A program made the translations under genes and the position numbers. From Candidatus Pacearchaeota archaeon (GTDB taxonomy: Archaea > Nanobdellota > Nanobdellia > Pacearchaeales > GW2011-AR1), in assembly GCA_017608405.1 (NCBI GenBank), contig JAFCFX010000002.1, positions 1-43,533 of the forward strand: a stretch of 43,533 bases of DNA, given 5' to 3'. The notes under the pieces are model-generated. The model worked only from the letters and a program-made list of their open reading frames with translations. It was not told where the DNA came from and made no database searches. Within the stretch, counting starts at the first letter, position 1, and every line of letters starts with the position of its first letter. This document shows positions 36,836-43,533 of the stretch, piece by piece.

Positions 36836-39301
36836 TTAAAAGTCACTTAGGCTGGTTTGGCGTTTGCCGTCGATAATTTCTTTTATATTTATGTTAAAGA
36901 CTTGGAGTATGTTTTCAACTGCAGGAAGAATTTGTCTTTCAAGATAATACTTTATTTCATATTCTCCTTTTTCACCTGGAAGTTTTACTTTGTCTCTTAC
37001 CAGTTTCTTTTTACTAGAAGTTTCAGAAATATAATATTCTACTACATTTCCTTGACTTATGGGAATTTCTTTTTCTTTCATCTTTCTTGCAGCAATTACA
37101 TGTGGAGAAATTGCTTTATATTCTGCAAGTGGTTTTTTTAATTGTGTTTTTATAATTAAGTCTTGTTTGTTTATCTTTCTCTCTTTTATTTTTTTAACAA
37201 TTTCTTTAATATATTTTAAAGCTTTTTTCTCATTGCCATCTTCTAGGATTTGTCTTATTACTATGTTTTGCACTTCTCTTGCTAGTCTACACCAGTCTCT
37301 TCTAACTGTTTCAAAACCCCTGATTTTTATTTGATTTTTTTTATCTATTAAAGCATATTTCTTTTTTGCTCCTGTTTTTCCTGCTCTTGTTGTTACCCAA
37401 AGGCCTCTTTTAAAAAACCCTTCTAATTCAAGATGCATTACTCCTGGAAGTTCTGAATTTAATTTTTTTAATAATTCTTTTATTTGAGATTCTGATTTAT
37501 TTTCCATTAAAAAAGCAATAGAATCTGTGTCTCCATAGATTACTTTATATTTGTTTTTTTCAACTTTTGAAATTGTTTCTTTATTGAATTTTCTTACTAA
37601 AGATAAGATGGATGCAGAAGCTTCATGTGAATAATATCTTGCCCCAAAAAAAGCAACATACCCGTGAGCAGATGCTGATAATACTTTGAATGCATTGCTT
37701 CTTGCCTTTGTTATTGGATTTGGATTTTTTTGGTATTCTTGTTTAAATTTTTTTCTTTTTTCAAATATTTCCATTAATAAAGCAGGAAAAAATCCTTGCT
37801 TTTTTGAAAAATAATATTTTATTTTTTTGTTTTTTTCTGTTATTTCATCAGATTCATGAGCTTGTTTTTCTTTTTTTTCTAATAAAGTTGCTTTTGAAAT
37901 ATTGTGGGTGATCATTATGCTTGTATGCATAGACGTAAAATCAAAAATAGCTATTTTTTCATAGAGTCCTGGTTTAGGTTCAAGAACAAATGCTCCTTCT
38001 ACTTTGATCCCTCTTCTTTTTCCTATGTCTTCATGTCCTGGTCTTTTTTCTGGGATTTCATTGTATTTTTCCAGATTATGAAGAACATAATTTTCAGTAT
38101 ATTTTGAAAGTCCTGCTCTTGAAACATCAAATATAGGTTCTTTTATTGTTTTAGTAAATTCTAACATGTCTGGCCAGAATTTTTCAAATAATTGAAGTGT
38201 TAAAATAGAATCATGTAAATTGTATTCATAATATTTTTGCCAGTCTTTTTCTTGTAATTTTGAAGAATGTTGTATGTTAAAAGGTTTTTTTGCATCTCCT
38301 AAAAATTCTTTTGCTACTTCATTTAAAGAAAGAGTTTCGGACTTCATATATTGTGCATAAGCTGTTCTTATGAATTTTAAAATGTCTATGTGTGTGATTC
38401 CTTTTATTTTTCCTGTTAACCTAATTCCTCTTGTAAATCTTGGCTGAGAATTATCGAGTCCCAGTGTTAGTTTTACATTGAATTTTTCTGCCCTGGCTTT
38501 TAGATAGGGTAAATCAAATCCATCTGAAAAATAACCTACAAGAAAATCTGGAGAAATTTTTTTTATATATTCTACAAATTTTTCTAAAAGTTCTGCTTCA
38601 TCTTTGACATATTCCACATAATCAGGTTTTGATTTTGATTTTTTCCAAGTTATTACTTTTTTGAATTTGTTTGAAATTAAAGAAAGCATTAGTATTTCGC
38701 CTTTACCTATTTCTAATGCATCTGTTTCAATATCATAAGCTAATATTTTTGGAGCAAATGGTTTTTCTTTTATTTCTTTAGAAGAATCTAGTTTTATGCA
38801 TAGGTCTATATCTAATGCCATGTCAATTCCTCCAAATTCTTGAGAATTGTTTAACATTTCTCCTTGTATTTCGTACCAATGTAGGGGGTTGATTTTTTTT
38901 TCATTTATATAATGAGTAATAAATCCTAAATCATATCCTCTTCTTTTTTCTATTTCTGGCAAGCCCAATTTATCTGCAATATCATGTAAATCTTTGTAGT
39001 TTGTTGCAAATATTTTTAATGCTTTTACTGGCTTTCCAAGGAAGTTTTTATTATGAAGTTCTACTTTTTCAACTTTTGTTTTTCTTCCTTTAAGATTGAG
39101 CTTTATTTTTTTGATTTTTTCAATTAATTTGTTTATCTTATCTTGTTTTAGATTATCTTTTAAAATTGCCCACAAAAAGATAGGACATGAATCAATTACA
39201 CATACTCTTTTGCCCTGGCTATCTCTGCCTATTATTTTAGCATAATTTCTTCCTTGAAAGTCAAATGAGTCATAATCTATTGCAATAAAGTCTGTTTTCA
39301 T
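36836..39301 (-). CDS. polB: Family B DNA polymerase
   Basis: Exo motifs DIE, FDLPYL, YNLHD; YGDTDS, KKKY, RGFE..RRDW; PIP box QTSLSDF. Confidence 0.96.
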   Translation of the reverse strand: MKTDFIAIDYDSFDFQGRNYAKIIGRDSQGKRVCVIDSCPIFLWAILKDNLKQDKINKLIEKIKKIKLNLKGRKTKVEKVELHNKNFLGKPVKALKIFATNYKDLHDIADKLGLPEIEKRRGYDLGFITHYINEKKINPLHWYEIQGEMLNNSQEFGGIDMALDIDLCIKLDSSKEIKEKPFAPKILAYDIETDALEIGKGEILMLSLISNKFKKVITWKKSKSKPDYVEYVKDEAELLEKFVEYIKKISPDFLVGYFSDGFDLPYLKARAEKFNVKLTLGLDNSQPRFTRGIRLTGKIKGITHIDILKFIRTAYAQYMKSETLSLNEVAKEFLGDAKKPFNIQHSSKLQEKDWQKYYEYNLHDSILTLQLFEKFWPDMLEFTKTIKEPIFDVSRAGLSKYTENYVLHNLEKYNEIPEKRPGHEDIGKRRGIKVEGAFVLEPKPGLYEKIAIFDFTSMHTSIMITHNISKATLLEKKEKQAHESDEITEKNKKIKYYFSKKQGFFPALLMEIFEKRKKFKQEYQKNPNPITKARSNAFKVLSASAHGYVAFFGARYYSHEASASILSLVRKFNKETISKVEKNKYKVIYGDTDSIAFLMENKSESQIKELLKKLNSELPGVMHLELEGFFKRGLWVTTRAGKTGAKKKYALIDKKNQIKIRGFETVRRDWCRLAREVQNIVIRQILEDGNEKKALKYIKEIVKKIKERKINKQDLIIKTQLKKPLAEYKAISPHVIAARKMKEKEIPISQGNVVEYYISETSSKKKLVRDKVKLPGEKGEYEIKYYLERQILPAVENILQVFNINIKEIIDGKRQTSLSDF

Positions 39302-39376
39302 TGTAATAATGTAGAAGATTGTTTATTTAAAATTTGGCATCACAAGGTTTAAATACCTCAGATAAAAGGTTATTTT

Positions 39377-39763
39377 ATGGCAAGGAAGCGGAAAAAATAT
39401 ACCTTAGAAAACTATACTCAAGAAGACTATGAAAGAGATTTTAGAATAGTTGATGCTGTGGAAGGAGACTTTCCACTTGATTTTGGAGATCCCAAAAGAC
39501 ATGCTGAAGATAAGGAAAATATACTTAGAAATGTCTTAGGATATCATGGACTAAGAATTGGTTCTAATAAGAGTGAATTAAGATTCTTGCCCCTACCTGA
39601 ATGTAGTCCATATAGGAAAAATATGGTTTTAAAAGGAATTTATTATTCTTCACTTAATAGAATTAATAGGTTTGGAAATCCTTCTGAAAGAGATAAGAAA
39701 AGAGAACCTGAAATAAAAGGCAGAATTGAATTAACAGGACAAATTAATCTTTTTGATTTTTAG
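39377..39763 (+). CDS. Hypothetical protein with C-terminal PIP-box-like motif
   Basis: Ends QINLFDF; TATA 29 nt upstream. Confidence 0.75.
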   Translation: MARKRKKYTLENYTQEDYERDFRIVDAVEGDFPLDFGDPKRHAEDKENILRNVLGYHGLRIGSNKSELRFLPLPECSPYRKNMVLKGIYYSSLNRINRFGNPSERDKKREPEIKGRIELTGQINLFDF

Positions 39764-39812
39764 TTAATTATTTATATTTCTTGCACCTTAATAAATATAC
39801 AAAATATGCAAA

Positions 39813-40853
39813 ATGGGACTAAACATTAGGGAAATAATACCGAGAAAAGAAATAGAAATTACTAGTTTGAGGGGTAAACTTTTGTGTGTTGATGCATTTA
39901 ATATTTTATATCAATTTTTATCTACAATTAGGCAAGTAGATGGAACTCCTTTAATGGATAATAAAAAAAGAATTACAAGTCATTTGTCTGGGCTTTTTTA
40001 TAGAAATGTGAGTTTGCTTTCAGAAGGTATGAAATTAGTTTATGTTTTTGATGGAAAGTCTCCTGCCTTGAAATCTAAGATTCACGAGAAAAGAGGGAAA
40101 TCAAGAGATTTAGCTAAAGGCAAATATGAAGAAGCAAAGCAATCTGAAGATTTGGTTTCTATGAAAAGATATAGCGGTCAATTAACAAGACTTGATGATG
40201 AAATGATAAATGAGAGTAAAGAGCTTTTAGAGGCGATGGGAATTGCTGTTGTTCAGGCTCCAGGAGAAGGAGAATCAGAAGCAGCTTATCTTTGTAGGAT
40301 TAAAGAAGAAGTTTATGCAAGTGCTAGTCAAGATTATGATAGCTTGCTTTTTGGTGCCCCCAAACTAGTTCAAAATTTAACTTTAGCAAGAAGAAGAAAA
40401 ACTTTTTCTGGTTATGTTGAAATAAAACCAGAAATAATTGAATTAGAAAAAGTAATGAATTTTTTAGAAATAAATTTAGATCAGTTAATTTGCTTAGGAA
40501 TTTTAGTTGGAACAGATTACAATCCAAGAGGAATTCCTGGAATTGGGCAAAAAAGAGCATTAGAAATTGTTAAGAAATACAAACAACCTGTTTTAATTTT
40601 CAAGAGTGTTGAAGCGCAAATTATGAGTTTGCCTGAAGAAGATCAATTTAATTGGCAAGATATTTTTGAATTATTTAAAAAACCAGAGGTTATTGATGTT
40701 GATTTTAAATTTGGTAAAGTTGATGAAGATAAAATTAAAGAAATTTTAATTGAAAGACATGATTTTTCTGAAGATAGAGTAAATAAGCAGTTAGATAAAT
40801 TAAGGGAGATTAAGGAAAAACAAAAGCAGAAAGGATTAGATAAGTGGTTTTAG
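39813..40853 (+). CDS. fen: Flap endonuclease 1
   Basis: DA.N..YQFL.TIRQ.DG.PL, VFDG, AP.EGE, SQDYD, GTDYN, PIP box QKGLDKWF. Confidence 0.97.
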   Translation: MGLNIREIIPRKEIEITSLRGKLLCVDAFNILYQFLSTIRQVDGTPLMDNKKRITSHLSGLFYRNVSLLSEGMKLVYVFDGKSPALKSKIHEKRGKSRDLAKGKYEEAKQSEDLVSMKRYSGQLTRLDDEMINESKELLEAMGIAVVQAPGEGESEAAYLCRIKEEVYASASQDYDSLLFGAPKLVQNLTLARRRKTFSGYVEIKPEIIELEKVMNFLEINLDQLICLGILVGTDYNPRGIPGIGQKRALEIVKKYKQPVLIFKSVEAQIMSLPEEDQFNWQDIFELFKKPEVIDVDFKFGKVDEDKIKEILIERHDFSEDRVNKQLDKLREIKEKQKQKGLDKWF

Positions 40854-41320
40854 TTTTTTTTCTTTATAGAAAAAAATCCTATTACTATTCCTGCAATAAA
40901 TAAAATTCCTCCAGCTCCTAGACTTATTTTAGGAGATAAATTTGCAATTGCATTTCCAGTTATATTAACTTGTAAAAAAAATATTCCTAAAAGAATGAGG
41001 AAAAAAGCAAAGGTTTTTCCTACTAAACCCAAGTCTCCGTCACGACCTATTGAACGATCTAAATGTCTTTTTTTTATTTTACCTATTATATGAGATGCTT
41101 CATTTTGAAGCTTTTCGAATTTGTCATTACTTTTTTGATAAGTAGAATTTAGTCTATCTATATCGTTCTGAAGATTTTTTTTGCCTGATTTTATGCTTTT
41201 TTGCATAGAATAAAGTTGATCTGCCATATCTTTGGTATCTTTTAATATGCTATCACATCTTCTATATAATTTATCTGCTTCTTTTGACACCTTATTTGGG
41301 GGTGTCTTATATTTTTTCAT
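40850..41320 (-). CDS. Coiled-coil protein with two C-terminal TM helices
   Basis: Heptad N-terminus; TM-NITGNAI-TM. Confidence 0.75.
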   Translation of the reverse strand: MKKYKTPPNKVSKEADKLYRRCDSILKDTKDMADQLYSMQKSIKSGKKNLQNDIDRLNSTYQKSNDKFEKLQNEASHIIGKIKKRHLDRSIGRDGDLGLVGKTFAFFLILLGIFFLQVNITGNAIANLSPKISLGAGGILFIAGIVIGFFSIKKKN

Positions 41321-41325
41321 AATTA

Positions 41326-42171
41326 TTATAGCCTTCGTAATTCATTATTTAATTTCCTATATGCTAATTGTAATTGTTGGCGTTCTCTTTCTTCTTGAAG
41401 TATTGCAGTTTGCATAGCAGTAGCTTGAGGCGAACCTGGGGGAAGTCTTCGAAGTCTTGCGCGATGGTTTCTTATGCTTTTATTTATTCTTCTCATTTGG
41501 CTAGTTAGGTCTCCTAAATCTCCTTGTAATTTTGCTCGATTTTTCTTTTTATCTTTCCTGGCTCCCCATTTTCTTCTAATAAATCCTGGGTCTCGGGATT
41601 GTCTAGGAGGTTCCCTGTCTACACCGCCTTGTTCTTTTTTTTTAGCTCTACGCAATAAGAAAAGTCCAATTAAAATAAAAGCAGCTCCAATAGAGGCTAA
41701 TAATCCTTTTGCATAAATTAAATCAGTAAAACTTAACCCAATAAATAAAGCTCCGAAAGTTAAAAAGAATCCTTTGAATTTAAACCTGTATATAAGATAT
41801 ATGGCTCCGATTAATAAGATAATTGGAACTAATGTGTTTAACATGCCCTCTGAAACCCCTATATTATAAAATAATTCTTCTACCTCAAATCCTGTTTGAT
41901 GTATCCCGTAGACAATTAATAAGGAGGTTACTATAGATATAGTAGATGCGACTCCCTTATTGGGGTAGCCAGATCTGTCTTTGAATACTCTCGATGTTGC
42001 AAAATATATAATTGCAAAGAAAATTAAAAATAAAGACCCCAATAACATTGTTGAAGAATCAATACTGTCAAATAATTCTCCAAAAGAAAAACTATTATAT
42101 GAACCATAAGCACTTGCAAAACTAATTAATATGAGTCCTAGAACGCATGTTATCACCAAGTTTTTTTGCAT
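41326..42171 (-). CDS. Polytopic membrane protein with Arg-rich coiled-coil tail
   Basis: Signal-like N-terminus from ATG 42171, several TM helices, basic C-terminus. Confidence 0.75.
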   Translation of the reverse strand: MQKNLVITCVLGLILISFASAYGSYNSFSFGELFDSIDSSTMLLGSLFLIFFAIIYFATSRVFKDRSGYPNKGVASTISIVTSLLIVYGIHQTGFEVEELFYNIGVSEGMLNTLVPIILLIGAIYLIYRFKFKGFFLTFGALFIGLSFTDLIYAKGLLASIGAAFILIGLFLLRRAKKKEQGGVDREPPRQSRDPGFIRRKWGARKDKKKNRAKLQGDLGDLTSQMRRINKSIRNHRARLRRLPPGSPQATAMQTAILQEERERQQLQLAYRKLNNELRRL

Positions 42172-42241
42172 ATTTGGATTAAGTAAATTGTTTTTATAAA
42201 TATTCCCATACATTTAAATTATGTTTTTGTGTTTATTTTTT

Positions 42242-43012
42242 ATGGCAAAGCATCGATCATTTGATTTTTTCGGAAATATTGTTGTTGTAAACTTTTGTAA
42301 AGATTTTAAACAAAAAGATAAAAAAAAGTTTGCTGAAAAATTACTAAAACAGCAAAGGTCGATTAAGACTGTTTTAGAAAAAGTTGGAAAAGTTAAAGGC
42401 AGATTAAGAAAACCCACAACAAAATATATTGCGGGGGAAAAAACAAAAGAAGTTTTGTATAGAGAAAATGATTGTGTTTTTAGGTTTAATATTGATAATA
42501 CTTATTTTTCTCCAAGATTAAGTAATGAGAGAAAAGAAATTGCTTTGAAAATTAAAAAGAAAGACCGTGTTTTAGTAATGTTTGCAGGTGTTGCGCCTTT
42601 TTCAATTGTTATTGCTAAGAAGTCAGGTGCAAAAGTTGTTTCTAATGAAATTAATAGGCTTGCAAATAAATATGCAAAGCTTAATGTTGAATTAAATAAA
42701 TTAAAACAGAAAATTGAGTTTTGGGATGGCAATGTTAAGAAGATTAAGAAAAAAGCCAAGTTTGATGTGATTGTTATGCCAAGGCCCCAATTAAAAGATA
42801 GTTTTTTGAAGCAAGCATTTAAGTTTTCAAAAGAAGGCACGAGAGTTTATTATTATGATTTTTGTGATATAAAGGATAAACAAGTGGTTGTTAATAAGAT
42901 TAAACAAGAAGCTAAAAAGGCAAGAAAAGAGATTAAGATATTAAAGATAAAAAAAGCAGGTGAAATTGCTCCTTATAAGATAAGGTTGAGAGTTGATTTT
43001 AGAGTTAATTAG
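42242..43012 (+). CDS. Trm5/Taw2 (Met-10+) family SAM-dependent tRNA-modifying enzyme
   Basis: G.LR, E..C.F, YFSPRL..ER, MFAGVAPF, EIN, FD.IVMP; start 42242 by TATA spacing. Confidence 0.9.
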   Translation: MAKHRSFDFFGNIVVVNFCKDFKQKDKKKFAEKLLKQQRSIKTVLEKVGKVKGRLRKPTTKYIAGEKTKEVLYRENDCVFRFNIDNTYFSPRLSNERKEIALKIKKKDRVLVMFAGVAPFSIVIAKKSGAKVVSNEINRLANKYAKLNVELNKLKQKIEFWDGNVKKIKKKAKFDVIVMPRPQLKDSFLKQAFKFSKEGTRVYYYDFCDIKDKQVVVNKIKQEAKKARKEIKILKIKKAGEIAPYKIRLRVDFRVN

Positions 43013-43239
43013 GAGAATTTAAGAAATTCTTGTATATCTCCTTCTTTTGCATATCCGCCTGTTTCGCACTTATTGCATCTTCCATCGTTGTATTTATTTA
43101 CTCTGTCAAATACATTACATGTTGTTTTTTCCCTATTTGCACAATCAGATATATCTGCTCCACACAATACTAACTTTTTGTCTCCTATTTCTGTGTCTAC
43201 AAAAGCTTCTCCATTGATTAAATATTTACATTTTTCCAT
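43009..43239 (-). CDS. Small Cys-rich hypothetical protein
   Basis: 76 aa with 6 Cys; TATA-like element upstream. Confidence 0.55.
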   Translation of the reverse strand: MEKCKYLINGEAFVDTEIGDKKLVLCGADISDCANREKTTCNVFDRVNKYNDGRCNKCETGGYAKEGDIQEFLKFS

Positions 43240-43273
43240 GTTTCGAGGATTAATTAAGGCTATTTAAAGGTTT

Positions 43274-43533
43274 CTAAAGTCGTTTTTCAGCCTTAATAGC
43301 TGTTGGAGCTTCACCACCATGCCAAGTAAATCTTGGCCTCATTCTCATAGGATAAATCCTTTCTGAATTGTCATCAAGAATTATTGCAGAACCTTTTAGA
43401 CTAGGTAATTCATCCATGTATTTTTTTATTCCTGAAAGAAGATAACTTTGCATAATATAGTTTAATGCTTCAATATCTGGTTGTGATGTTACCCTATGAG
43501 CAATAACAAGATCTGATTGTGTCATGACATCTC
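43274..43533 (-). CDS. HerA/FtsK-like (DUF87) ATPase, C-terminal part
   Basis: MTQSDLVIAHRVT...DI.AL, G.AIILDD.SE, RPR...HGG; continues beyond window. Confidence 0.8.
   Translation of the reverse strand, partial: DVMTQSDLVIAHRVTSQPDIEALNYIMQSYLLSGIKKYMDELPSLKGSAIILDDNSERIYPMRMRPRFTWHGGEAPTAIKAEKRL

Noticed and set aside
1335-43267. Many 60-160 aa antisense or off-frame ORFs inside long genes (e.g. 1335-1556, 2360-2644, 17820-18203, 22354-22662, 24985-25455, 36857-37141, 42502-42840)
   Set aside because: Shadow ORFs of well-supported genes, Phe/Leu/Ser-rich, no motifs

Overview
AT-rich, densely packed archaeal chromosomal segment. Gene content and style (NAC, Sec61beta, aRF1, RpoL, RadB, NreA, TFS, Cdc48, PolB, Fen1, a KKGQ class III signal-peptide protein, an 'ITGNAI' membrane protein, mostly leaderless genes) suggest a DPANN archaeon, probably Pacearchaeota; this assignment is an inference. 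Housekeeping genes alternate with small accessory patches, one tRNA-Lys(CTT) and two internally deleted tyrosine-recombinase relics. Main leads: (1) a pilin-like gene coupled to a secreted 794-aa protein with two peptidoglycan-binding repeats and a C-terminal domain whose motifs line up with the colicin M lipid II-degrading domain, i.e. a candidate archaeal antibacterial effector, abutting a linalool dehydratase/isomerase-like gene; (2) four related palindromic sites tightly bracketing two promoter+gene units, like recombinase cassettes; (3) a PolB with His at the steric gate and a rewritten motif B; (4) an orphan PIP-box protein between polB and fen1; (5) two tRNA 3'-end fragments downstream of tRNA-Lys, each after a 39-nt spacer. 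All family assignments come from motif recognition by eye, not from searches.
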